Shown piece after piece: positions 1-8,907 of a stretch of DNA of 29,758 bases. The number at the start of each line of letters is the position of its first letter. The first letter of the stretch is position 1. Where the stretch lies: positions 1 through 29,758 of the forward strand of contig CAYVLA010000033.1 of NCBI GenBank assembly GCA_964452145.1, read 5' to 3'. Both the position numbers and the translations under genes were made by a program. A model generated the notes under the pieces. It was not told the origin of the DNA, searched no databases, and saw only the letters and a program-made list of their open reading frames with translations. The DNA is from Candidatus Hadarchaeota archaeon. GTDB lineage: Archaea > CAYQAE01 > CAYVLA01.

Positions 1-1026
1 CACTGGTGGGGAGCAACGGTTCCCGGGGCCTTCGCGGGCATGTCCATCTGGCTTGCCTTCGGCAGATCAGCCGATGCGTGGCCAATGCTCGTCTACGGAG
101 CAGTCCTTGCCGTCAGCATATCCCTAGGAGGGGTGCTCAGCTACGGAAAGATCGTTGGGTATGTCAAGGGTGAACATGACAGGTCACCCCTCTTCGGCCT
201 CCTCGCGCTTTTCATCGTCGGTGGTCTCTGGGGCTTCTATGGCGGGACGGCGCTCGGGCTGCTGATGACGGATGTCCCATACGGCCTGACGGATCTTGCC
301 ACGTGGGGAGTCCTTGCCTCCCTCGGTGCCTTTCTTGCTTACAAGCTCTTGGTCCTGGGATTGGAACTCCACCTGTCTCCTCCCAGGAGCGACGCCTGGG
401 CCGCCCTCCTTGGAGGGTGTGTCGCCACAACCGCATACTTCGCGGCTGGGCATGGGGATCTCGTCGTGCTTCGCACCTCCTATCTGGGTTGGCTTGGCTT
501 TGGGGGTGGGTTCTCCCTCGGCGGGCTGATACACCGCCGTTGTGCCCTGGCGGGGTTGAGGATCGATTCCTGGAAGTTCATGGAACACAGCGTGGGTTTC
601 TGGGGCGGTCTGTTCCTGGGCATCGCGGCGCTCCTTACAGGGCGGGACCTCGCAGCACCAGCCTTGGCCGAGCCGACGATGATGGCCGCCGCCATCATGG
701 TGCTCTGGTTCGTCCCCTACCTGAATGTCTCTGACAACCTGCAGTTCTGGTTCGGCGAGAAGCGTTGGATCTCCCGGCGGACCTTCGCCATCGCCCATTC
801 ACTGGCTTTGGTTTTACTTCCAATCTTCATCTGGCTGTCTCGTGAAATGGTGCGCACATGGGATGGTGCCAACGGATACTCGTGGGTCTTCGTGACCATG
901 ATGAGCCTGATGATCTTCGTTGCAGTGGCCAAGTTCGGGTTTGACCGATCCAAACCACGGTTGCTGGTCGACGCCACCTTTGTGCTCGAGGCGATGGCCT
1001 GCGTTTTGCTTCTCGCATGTATGTGA
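1..1026 (+). CDS. Polytopic membrane protein of unknown function, 5'-truncated by the window edge
   Basis: The frame is open from base 1 (HWWGATVPGAFAG) into the 40..1026 ORF. About 9-10 hydrophobic, Gly-rich segments. Confidence 0.75.
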   Translation, partial: HWWGATVPGAFAGMSIWLAFGRSADAWPMLVYGAVLAVSISLGGVLSYGKIVGYVKGEHDRSPLFGLLALFIVGGLWGFYGGTALGLLMTDVPYGLTDLATWGVLASLGAFLAYKLLVLGLELHLSPPRSDAWAALLGGCVATTAYFAAGHGDLVVLRTSYLGWLGFGGGFSLGGLIHRRCALAGLRIDSWKFMEHSVGFWGGLFLGIAALLTGRDLAAPALAEPTMMAAAIMVLWFVPYLNVSDNLQFWFGEKRWISRRTFAIAHSLALVLLPIFIWLSREMVRTWDGANGYSWVFVTMMSLMIFVAVAKFGFDRSKPRLLVDATFVLEAMACVLLLACM

Positions 1027-1430
1027 CGGGGATTCACAAGGTAACGAGCTAGCGTGGTGTATCCCAAGTCGCTGGACATGTGCCTGGGGCGTTTGCGGTA
1101 ACTATGCGCATTGTCGCCTTTGGGTCCCGTCGCATAAGTGCAGAGCCGTCGGATACACCACACTAGGCAGGGGCCGATCCTTGAGATCCCCGACCCGGTG
1201 ATCGTTGCAGGCTGTGGTCATGGCAGCCGCATCGTCGTGGGTCGCGCTGTTGACTCCACTGTGATCGGCCCTCCTCTCATCGAAGATCGGGAATGCAACC
1301 GAACGACGAGAAGCTACATGCCCTTTCATGACGCCCATCTACTTGCAGGCCCGCGGGAGCTGCCCCTCGAAGAGGGGATACGGGTTCGGGGCCCCATGCA
1401 CCCGGCTAGGCGGGTCGGTGCAGGTAAGAG

Positions 1431-1450
1431 TTAAATACAAGTTCAAACTT
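1431..1450 (+). promoter_or_regulatory. Putative TATA box of the pdxS operon, followed by a short palindrome
   Basis: TTAAATA at 1431-1437 in an AT-rich island, then AAGTT-CA-AACTT at 1439-1450. An SD-like GGAG lies before ATG 1493. Confidence 0.5.
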
Positions 1451-1492
1451 TAGTAATGCTCAGTCCACCACCAGAGCGCGGAGATACTGAAC

Positions 1493-2395
1493 ATGACCGA
1501 GAAGATCATCGGAACCGAGAGATTGAAGCGCGGATTCGCGAAGATGCAGAAGGGCGGCGTCATAATGGACGTCGTCTCAGCCGAGCAGGCCAGGATAGCG
1601 GAGGAGGCAGGAGCGGTCGCAGTCATGGCCCTCCACGCAGTGCCGGCCGACATACGCGCTCAGGGAGGGGTGGCCAGGATGGCCGACCCCGAGAGAATCC
1701 GTGAGATAATGGACGCCGTGACCATTCCGGTGATGGCCAAGGTGAGAATTGGGCACTTCGCGGAGGCTCAGGTGCTGGAGGCCCTGGGAGTCGACATGAT
1801 AGATGAGAGCGAGGTCCTCACCCCCGCCGATGTCTCACACCATATCGACAAGAAGAAGTTCAAGATACCCTTCGTCTGCGGCGCTAGGGATCTGGGCGAG
1901 GCTCTGAGGCGAATCGAAGAAGGTGCCGCCATGATCCGGACCAAGGGCGAGGCTGGGACCGGGAACGTGGTCGAGGCGGTCAAGCACATTAGGACCGTGA
2001 ACATGCAGATAGCACAGCTCCGCGGGATCGCCGACCTGTGCGATGAGATTGAGATGGTCGCCAAGGCAAGGGAGTATCAGGTTTCGGTCGAACTTGCGAG
2101 AGAGGTGGCCAAGCTCGGTAGGCTTCCGGTGGTCAACTTCGCCGCAGGCGGGATAGCCACCCCAGCCGATGCTGCGCTCTGCATGCAGCTAGGAGTTGAT
2201 GGCGTCTTCGTGGGGTCGGGGATCTTCAAGTCCCAGACGCCCGAGAAGATGGCGAGAGCGATCGTGGAGGCGACCCACAACTACTCCCAAGCCGACATCG
2301 TGCTTGAAGCTTCGAAGTCCTTGGGGCAGCCCATGAAAGGACTTGAGATATCCGCCATACCTGCCGAGCAGCGGCTCCAGGAAAGAGGCGTATAG
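1493..2395 (+). CDS. pdxS: Pyridoxal 5'-phosphate synthase, synthase subunit PdxS
   Basis: Motifs [69 protein letters not shown]. Confidence 0.98.
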   Translation: MTEKIIGTERLKRGFAKMQKGGVIMDVVSAEQARIAEEAGAVAVMALHAVPADIRAQGGVARMADPERIREIMDAVTIPVMAKVRIGHFAEAQVLEALGVDMIDESEVLTPADVSHHIDKKKFKIPFVCGARDLGEALRRIEEGAAMIRTKGEAGTGNVVEAVKHIRTVNMQIAQLRGIADLCDEIEMVAKAREYQVSVELAREVAKLGRLPVVNFAAGGIATPADAALCMQLGVDGVFVGSGIFKSQTPEKMARAIVEATHNYSQADIVLEASKSLGQPMKGLEISAIPAEQRLQERGV

Positions 2396-2406
2396 GACTT
2401 CCTGCC

Positions 2407-3057
2407 GTGGCAACCATGACGTATGGCAAGACGCCCAGCTCGGGACAACCCGAGTTCATAGTCTTGGGGTTTCAAGGGAACGTCTCGGAACATGTGGAGG
2501 CGATCAACAAAGCCCTTGAGCGCCTTTCCCTTCCCGGCAATGCCCGAGCGGCCACCGATGCCGAATCGATTCGCCAGGCAAGGGGACTGGCAATTCCTGG
2601 CGGGGAGAGCACGACCATTTCCAAGCTCGTGGCTAGGAAGAAGCTGAAGACAGAGATCGCGGCTCTTGCTAGGTCGGGCCGGCCCATCCTCGGGACCTGC
2701 GCCGGGCTCATCATCCTCTCAAAGATCATCAACGGAACGGACCAGTCCGGAAATCCGGGTTTTGCAGCGGTAATGAATGCGGCGGTGAATCGCAACGCCT
2801 TCGGAAGGCAGAGGGAGAGTTTCGAAGTCGAGCTGGCGCTTAGGCTGCCTGGAAGGGACCTGAGGGAAACGGGTATCTTCATACGCGCCCCCGTTATTGA
2901 GAGGACCTGGGGAGCCTGTGTCCCCGTCGCTTGGGTCGAAGGGGCCCCAGTTGCCGCGCTGGAGGGCAGCATGCTGGGCACCTGTTTCCATCCGGAGCTA
3001 TCGGATGGATCCGAGTTGTACGAGTTTCTCCTTTCCAGCACCTGGGGTCCGGGGTGA
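2407..3057 (+). CDS. pdxT: PLP synthase glutaminase subunit PdxT (start GTG 2407 or ATG 2416)
   Basis: Motifs QG..SEH, IPGGEST, GTCAG (nucleophile Cys), RNAFGRQRESF, FIRAP, FHPE. Directly follows pdxS. Confidence 0.96.
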   Translation: MATMTYGKTPSSGQPEFIVLGFQGNVSEHVEAINKALERLSLPGNARAATDAESIRQARGLAIPGGESTTISKLVARKKLKTEIAALARSGRPILGTCAGLIILSKIINGTDQSGNPGFAAVMNAAVNRNAFGRQRESFEVELALRLPGRDLRETGIFIRAPVIERTWGACVPVAWVEGAPVAALEGSMLGTCFHPELSDGSELYEFLLSSTWGPG

Positions 3058-4568
3058 GAAGGCTGTCCGCATCGCTGTTTCTGGGGTTCCAGTGTGAAGC
3101 GTGCGGCACACAGTCACCCGGAGGATTCGGCACTGGGCTATGTCCGATATGCCGCGGTGCATTGCGGGCCTGTTACGATTTCTCGGCCTTGTCACCGGAT
3201 GACTTTCGAGAGGGGCGACCATGCGTGTGGAAGTACGCACAGCTCCTGCCATTGAGCGGCCCGAAAGTCAGCCTCGAGGAGGGCGGCACGCCCCTTCACA
3301 GCTGTACGAGGCTGCCGGGCTTCTCCGGACTCTTGGTCAAGGATGAATCCAGAAACCCGACATCCTCCTTTGCCGATCGTGGAAGTACCGTTGCGATCAG
3401 CGCGGCCATAGCCATGGGCGCGAAGAGCGTGGCTTGCGCTACCGACGGGGACACGGGGGCTTCCGTCGCCGCCTACGCCTCAAAGGCCGGGCTGGAATGC
3501 ACCATATTCGCCCCGGATTCTGCCGAGACGGGCAAGCTGATCCAGACCTTGGTCTTCGGAGCTCGGGTCGTCAGAACGCGGGGCAGCTACCAGAACTCGG
3601 TGCTGAGATGCATTGCGGCATGCAGATCCCCTGGTTGCCATGACACAACCATCGAGACCAATCCCTATGCCATAGAGGGTGGGAAGACCACGAGCTTCGA
3701 GATAGCCGACCAACTGGGCTGGGACTCACCGGATTTCATCGTCGTCCCGGCTGGCACCGGTACCAACCTCTGTTGCATATGGAGAGGATACAAAGACCTT
3801 CAGGAGGCAGGCCTAGTTAGCACGTTGCCGAGAATGGTGGCAGCCCAGGCCTCCGCCTGCGCGCCCATCGTGCAGGCATTTCGCGAAGGAGGAAGGGTGA
3901 AGGCGCTTGCGGGTGCTAACTCCATCGCTAGGAGCATTGCCGTCGGAGACCCCATCAACGGTGAAGCCGCTCTAACCGCGTTGAGGGAATCCAGGGGGAT
4001 CGCATATTCAGCAGGGGATGACGAGATAGTGAGGGCTGTTGGGCTTCTAGGATCGAGAGAGGGCATATTCGCGGAGCCATCCTCCGCTGCCACCGTGTGT
4101 GCTGCAGGTCGACTGATCGAGGACGGGATCGCCAGCACGTCTGACAGGATCGTCTGCATCATCACAGGAAGCGGGCTGAAGGTACCGGACAGTATCGCCA
4201 AGACCCTAAGATCTAGGCTGGCATCGAGCTGGGATCTGATGAGCATGGATCAGAAATCATTGGGATCGCTGGGAAGCACCAAGCTGCATCTCTTGGAGAT
4301 ACTCGAAGCCTCGCCGAGTTACGGGTACTCGATATGGTGCCAGCTTCGCACAAGATTCGAGGAGGAAATCAGCCTGCAGGCGATCTACCAGCACCTGGAC
4401 GAGTTCAGAGAGATGGGGCTTACGGAGCTGAGCGAGAAGCAGACCGCAAGAACAAGGGGACGCAGGAGGAGGTACTACTCGCTGAGCACGAGGGGAAGAA
4501 GGGTGCTTGCTTCGCTTGAGTCGGTCAAGGATAGCATACTCCTCACTGCGACCGGACCCGATGGCTAA
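3054..4568 (+). CDS. Threonine-synthase-like (fold type II) protein lacking the catalytic Lys, fused to a C-terminal PadR-like winged-helix domain
   Basis: GTG 3054 overlaps the pdxT stop (GTGA). N-terminal CxxC..CxxC, then EGGTPL, KDESRNPTSSFADRG, VPAGTG, EGIFAEPSSA, ITGSGLK. C-terminal LLEILEASPSYGYSIW..ISLQAIYQHL..GL..RRRYYSLSTRG is PadR-like. Confidence 0.88.
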   Translation: MRRLSASLFLGFQCEACGTQSPGGFGTGLCPICRGALRACYDFSALSPDDFREGRPCVWKYAQLLPLSGPKVSLEEGGTPLHSCTRLPGFSGLLVKDESRNPTSSFADRGSTVAISAAIAMGAKSVACATDGDTGASVAAYASKAGLECTIFAPDSAETGKLIQTLVFGARVVRTRGSYQNSVLRCIAACRSPGCHDTTIETNPYAIEGGKTTSFEIADQLGWDSPDFIVVPAGTGTNLCCIWRGYKDLQEAGLVSTLPRMVAAQASACAPIVQAFREGGRVKALAGANSIARSIAVGDPINGEAALTALRESRGIAYSAGDDEIVRAVGLLGSREGIFAEPSSAATVCAAGRLIEDGIASTSDRIVCIITGSGLKVPDSIAKTLRSRLASSWDLMSMDQKSLGSLGSTKLHLLEILEASPSYGYSIWCQLRTRFEEEISLQAIYQHLDEFREMGLTELSEKQTARTRGRRRRYYSLSTRGRRVLASLESVKDSILLTATGPDG

Positions 4569-4723
4569 CTGGACTATGGCTCGGATTCCTCCCTGGTCGA
4601 TCGTCGATTGGCTTCATGCGACCTAGCAGGAGTCTCCGCCTATGCGTATCCGCTAGCTCTGAGCGTCCTTCCCTCTGGCTGATTGGTTGCTAGTCTAGAC
4701 TGGGGGCGAATCGAGTTGAGTTG

Positions 4724-4738
4724 AGAAATCTTTATATT
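4724..4738 (+). promoter_or_regulatory. BRE/TATA promoter of the histone gene
   Basis: AGAAATC-TTTATATT, with the TATA box at 4731-4736, about 40 bp upstream of ATG 4775. Confidence 0.65.
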
Positions 4739-4774
4739 CGTTTGCCAAGTACCAACGGCCCACGGTGGTACGTG

Positions 4775-4978
4775 ATGGCGAAACTTCCGCTGGCACCCGT
4801 TGAGAGAATCATCAAGCAGAATGCAAATGCCGAGAGAGTCAGTGCTTCCGCGGCGAAGGCTCTAGCAGAGGTCCTTGAGGAGTATGGGACGGAGATCGCA
4901 GCGAAGGCGGTCAAGCTCGCTAGACATGCCGGCAGGAAGACCGTCAAGGCTGAAGACATCAAACTCGCTGCTAGGTAG
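4775..4978 (+). CDS. Archaeal histone (HMfA/HMfB family), 67 aa
   Basis: [49 protein letters not shown] is the canonical HMf signature. Confidence 0.97.
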   Translation: MAKLPLAPVERIIKQNANAERVSASAAKALAEVLEEYGTEIAAKAVKLARHAGRKTVKAEDIKLAAR

Positions 4979-5198
4979 GCTGCCGACCGGTTCGGACGAA
5001 TCTTGGGCGATGATTCATCCCGGTGCAGACGCAGCGTGCTTGCCATACCTGACCGCCGGTTCGGGCATCGGCTTCTGAGAAGGCTCTCCTTGTGCAACCC
5101 TTGTCAGAGCGAAGCCACGCATTAGCCCGAAGCTAGGTTCCCAATTCTGACTTCTCATGGCAGCAACGCAACGTTTTAAGAGCGCTGAGGGCCATGGC

Positions 5199-6446
5199 AT
5201 GGTCATGAGACCGGTGCCGGCCCTTGTCTTTGGCCTGGTGCTGGTTGCGTCCCTGCGCCCGGTTGCCGCCCAGAGCCAGCCAACCATCATCAAGACCCTC
5301 GCGATGGGAAAGGCGGAAAGCACTCCGGTTCTAACTGCATGGCTTACCGCGGAGCCGTCAACCGACCCCACCATCATCGCGACCCGGGAATGGGGGGCGG
5401 TGAGCCCCGCTGACATCAGGCGATATATGAGGATCTACTTCCCAAGGACGTATGACGAGCTTGTGAGATACGAGTTCATCTTCCTAGCTCAGGTTGACAT
5501 GTTCTTCGTCACTCCCGAACAGGCAAGGTGGATATACGATGCCCTCAAGGACCATCCAAAAGGCGCTGTCAACACCAGAAGCATCATGAGCGCACTGACG
5601 GCGTACTACGAGCCGTGGAGGAACAGCATCCTGCCCGAGGCCTTTCCCAACGATATCGATGCCGTGATTGCGGACACAGCCAATTTCCAGGGTAGGCCCG
5701 GGCCCCTAATCGTGAACGACGATCCATATCTGCCTAACATCATTAAGCCTTACAAGAGCATGATCGAGCCTCTCTACACGTTCTACGGCGGGTTGAACAC
5801 CGTACCCAAGCCCGGGTCGGTGATACTGTCCTACACCAAGAACAACGTCGGGGTCGGCTCACCGATTCCCGGCCAGATCGCGCACGTCTTTTACTGGAAG
5901 TGGCACCAATCCACAACATTCACGTTCAGGGACATGGTGTACGATCCCTTCTGGAGTGCTCCGGAAAGCCCGACCAGCAACCCATACGCACTGGACATCA
6001 TCGTCAACATGATCTGGTGGAGCACGGGCAGGGATCTGCCCCAGGACCCGCTGATGGTCCATGAGTACCGACGCCTCGTGTTTACATACGCCATCCAGAA
6101 ATCCCTCCTGACCAGCCTGTTGGACTTCGCTGAGGTATTCGGGGCCGACCCATCCAGGATCTACGCCAAGTCCGAGGAGATCGAGGACCACAGAAGGAGG
6201 GCTGTTCGAGAGTATCTTGACAGGGATTTCGTTGAAGCCCATGAAACCATGAAGACGGCCATGACGGAGCTTCGGAACCTGGAGGGCGATGCTATGAGGC
6301 TCAAGGATAAAGCCCTGTTCTGGGTTCACATGGTGCAGTGGTTGGCCACAACCGGGGTCTTCCTGGTGGCAAGCGTTGTCCTATGGTCTCTCATGGTCCG
6401 AAGATCCCTCTACCGGGAAGTCTCGAGCACGAAGTGGGGCGCCTAG
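5199..6446 (+). CDS. Exported protein with signal peptide and C-terminal membrane anchor, function unknown (start 5199 or 5205)
   Basis: N-terminal MRPVPALVFGLVLVASL..AQ signal-like segment, a helical stretch, a C-terminal TM and basic tail (VRRSLYR). TTTTAA at 5174-5179 favours the later starts. Confidence 0.8.
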   Translation: MVMRPVPALVFGLVLVASLRPVAAQSQPTIIKTLAMGKAESTPVLTAWLTAEPSTDPTIIATREWGAVSPADIRRYMRIYFPRTYDELVRYEFIFLAQVDMFFVTPEQARWIYDALKDHPKGAVNTRSIMSALTAYYEPWRNSILPEAFPNDIDAVIADTANFQGRPGPLIVNDDPYLPNIIKPYKSMIEPLYTFYGGLNTVPKPGSVILSYTKNNVGVGSPIPGQIAHVFYWKWHQSTTFTFRDMVYDPFWSAPESPTSNPYALDIIVNMIWWSTGRDLPQDPLMVHEYRRLVFTYAIQKSLLTSLLDFAEVFGADPSRIYAKSEEIEDHRRRAVREYLDRDFVEAHETMKTAMTELRNLEGDAMRLKDKALFWVHMVQWLATTGVFLVASVVLWSLMVRRSLYREVSSTKWGA

Positions 6447-6451
6447 GCGGC

Positions 6452-6565
6452 CTAGAACAGGGAGAGGACAAGCACTAGAAGCAGCACTATTGCCAAGGGT
6501 AGAAGGATGAAGATGAACCTCATATTGTAGAAGGTTAGCCTTCTCTCGATCCTTCTGTCCCTCAT
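6452..6565 (-). CDS. Small single-pass membrane protein, 37 aa (not in the ORF track)
   Basis: MRDRRIERRLTFYNMRFIFILLPLAIVLLLVLVLSLF*. Basic N-terminus plus a TM helix, with TATA-like TTTTAA on the minus strand at about 6599-6604. Confidence 0.6.
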   Translation of the reverse strand: MRDRRIERRLTFYNMRFIFILLPLAIVLLLVLVLSLF

Positions 6566-6931
6566 GTTTGACCGCTAAACCCCAGTTCGATCGCGGCCTT
6601 TAAAGCTTACCGTCGCTGAGCTGAGCTGAGCGGATCTGATTGGATTGACGGTCACTTTACCAAGTTGCATTCTTTGACGGATCTGAGCGCTCCCATGCAT
6701 TGTCGCTGCCCTACCTGTTGATGCCTCATGCGGATCACGAAGGCCCAAGTGCACGATCGTACCCGGCGCCCGCCCGTTACCGTCGTTGCATCCTCCTCCA
6801 CGGTGGTGCTGAGCCCGTTGCCTGTCCCCTGTCGAGACCCAGGAACCGCTTTTGGCTTTGAAATCTCTCCGGAAGGTCTAGGTACTAGGCACTCGAAAGG
6901 ATTATATCGCTGTTCAGAAGAAGCAGAGACA

Positions 6932-7678
6932 ATGGAGACCTCCGGGATTCCCGAACTGGACGCCTTTTTCTCGGTCCTCGGCAAGGAAGGAGCGTTCGAG
7001 ATCTTGGTCCAGGCCAAGGATCAACTGTTCAGCGGCAAGGACGCGATAAGGCGCATCGGTCTGAGCCCGAAGCTCTACTACTCTAGGCTGAACCAGCTCA
7101 GACGCTTGGGACTCATAGAGAGGGAGGGCATCAAGGCGTATACGCTCACCGAGAAAGGGCTTCTGGTGCTGGATCTGCAGAATCGACTGGGAAGAGCCCT
7201 GACCCGGGGGCATTCCACCCTGCCCATAGAGTCCAGGCTGATCAACGCATACCCTGAGATGGTTCGGACCCTATCCGAGAAGATCGACGGTGCCATGAGT
7301 CGCGTCAAACTGGCCACTAGGTATATCGACCCCTCCGTGGCCAAGAGCACATTCGATGCCCTGGACAGGAATGTCTCGGTGCAGGTGATATACAGTTCAG
7401 GCAGGACCCACCTTGCCCAGTTGGCTCTTGAGGCTTTGAACCTTCTGAGTAAGGACGTCGGCAGTCGTGCCCAGAAGCTGTGGGGACACACCAAGGTGGC
7501 GGACATTCCCTTCTCCTTCGCCACCGTGGATGGCGAATGGTCCGGTATCGAGCTTGTTGGGCCGGATGAGACCTTCCTCACCGCCCTGGAATTCGATGGG
7601 CCGGTCGCTGCGGAGGCCATTGGGCTGATGTTCCGGCACTACTATAGGATCGGAACTGCCTTTCCAAGGTTTTGGTAG
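6932..7678 (+). CDS. Winged-helix transcriptional regulator with a C-terminal PLD-fold-like (TrmB-type) effector domain
   Basis: N-terminal HTH (IGLSPKLYYSRLNQLRRLGLIER..YTLTEKG). C-terminal pattern I..A..RVKL..RNVSVQVI..FATVDG lacks the HKD catalytic residues. GAAAGG-ATTATAT at 6895-6907 supports ATG 6932. Confidence 0.8.
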   Translation: METSGIPELDAFFSVLGKEGAFEILVQAKDQLFSGKDAIRRIGLSPKLYYSRLNQLRRLGLIEREGIKAYTLTEKGLLVLDLQNRLGRALTRGHSTLPIESRLINAYPEMVRTLSEKIDGAMSRVKLATRYIDPSVAKSTFDALDRNVSVQVIYSSGRTHLAQLALEALNLLSKDVGSRAQKLWGHTKVADIPFSFATVDGEWSGIELVGPDETFLTALEFDGPVAAEAIGLMFRHYYRIGTAFPRFW

Positions 7679-7806
7679 GATTCGCACCCTTGTGTTTCTT
7701 TCATGATACTTAGGGCCTCGGCAAGAAATATTTATTAACAAAATTCCCAATATTCTTTCGCATCGATTCATCCTGGGAAGTGCAGGATGTTTTCGGGGAA
7801 GGGGCA

Positions 7807-8274
7807 ATGGCCATCAAGAAGAATGAGGTCAAGGTGCTTAGGGCATTATGCAAAGACGCCCGAAGGACTCTGGAGGACATAGGTAACGAGACCGGCCTAA
7901 CGGGGCCCGGGGTCGGGAAGATCATAGATCGTCTGGAGAGCAGCGGCGTCATCACCGGTTACATGGCCCTTCCCGCACTCGAGAAGATAGGCTTCAAAAT
8001 CGCCAGCTTCTACATCTTCAGATGGGACCACTCCAGGGGCAAGACCGAGGAACTGACCGAATTTCTGAAGAAGACCAAGGGCGTGATCTTCGCCGCCCCG
8101 GTGCAGGGGTCCACGTACACTCACATAATGATCTCGGCGCACCCTACGTTCTCGGATCTGGAGGAGTTCCTGAGGGAGTTCAGAACGAAGTGGAACGGCT
8201 CCATCCGGGAGGAGAGCCTGCTGTTGATGTCCCCGGACCGCTCGACTAGGGAGCTGAACTTCGACCTCTTCTAG
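7807..8274 (+). CDS. Lrp/AsnC family transcriptional regulator
   Basis: VLRALCKDARRTLEDIG..GLT....KIIDRLESSGVITGY HTH, LEKIGF linker and a RAM-like C-terminal domain. AT-rich promoter at 7725-7740. Confidence 0.9.
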   Translation: MAIKKNEVKVLRALCKDARRTLEDIGNETGLTGPGVGKIIDRLESSGVITGYMALPALEKIGFKIASFYIFRWDHSRGKTEELTEFLKKTKGVIFAAPVQGSTYTHIMISAHPTFSDLEEFLREFRTKWNGSIREESLLLMSPDRSTRELNFDLF

Positions 8275-8277
8275 CTC

Positions 8278-8829
8278 TCAGACCAAGCCAGCTTCCCTCA
8301 GCCTCTCCAGGAGGCCATCGACGACCCCCCTGGCCTCGGAGGCATCGCGGAGTCCCGCAACGACGAGCTTGCCCGTCCCGAATATCAACACCGAAACCGT
8401 CGATTCATAGGGCTTGTATACAAGGCCCGGGAACTGCTCGGGCTCGTACTCGACGTTTTCGATGTTGAGGGCTATCTCGTCAAGGTTCATGACCAAGCCA
8501 AGATCGACCGTCGCGACGACGTTGGTCACGGTTATCTTTGGATCCTTCTTTATCTCAATTCCCAAACCCCTCAGCTGGCTGACCAGCTTCGCCACGCCCT
8601 CCTCTATCTTGCTTATGTGGTCGGCGCCCGTACAGTTCATCTTCCCGTTCCGGAAGACGAGGAAGGATATCTTCGGCTGTTTGAATTTCACGATCAGGGC
8701 CGGGAATCTGTCGGGGTCATACTCGCTGTCAGGGAGCTCAAACGCAAGGCGCTCAAGATCCAGCTCGGTCTTCAGGTCGACGAAGGCAACAATGTTCTGA
8801 ACTTCAATTCTCGGCTTCTCCAATCCCAA
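8278..8829 (-). CDS. tbp: TATA-box binding protein
   Basis: Two TBP repeats: QNIVA..LDLE..YDPDRFPAL..LVFRNGKMNCTGA and TNVVA..YEPEQFPGLVY..LIFGTGKLVVAG. TTG start. Confidence 0.96.
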   Translation of the reverse strand: MGLEKPRIEVQNIVAFVDLKTELDLERLAFELPDSEYDPDRFPALIVKFKQPKISFLVFRNGKMNCTGADHISKIEEGVAKLVSQLRGLGIEIKKDPKITVTNVVATVDLGLVMNLDEIALNIENVEYEPEQFPGLVYKPYESTVSVLIFGTGKLVVAGLRDASEARGVVDGLLERLREAGLV

Positions 8830-8907
8830 GGCTCCTTTTTATGCTGTGGCCCCATATATTAAGGCCCCAAATATAACTATATTTGTCGAATCCATCTGGG
8901 TGGTGTC

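Noticed and set aside
1102..1434. ORFs 1102..1338 (-) and 1138..1434 (+) in the gap before pdxS
   Set aside because: No recognisable motifs, atypical composition and no clear translation signals.
2931..3053. N-terminal extension of the ThrC-like ORF given in the ORF track
   Set aside because: It overlaps pdxT by over 120 bp and is not protein-like. GTG 3054, coupled to the pdxT stop, fits better.
6616..6631. GCTGA repeated three times
   Set aside because: Too short to be meaningful; no spacers, so not CRISPR-like.
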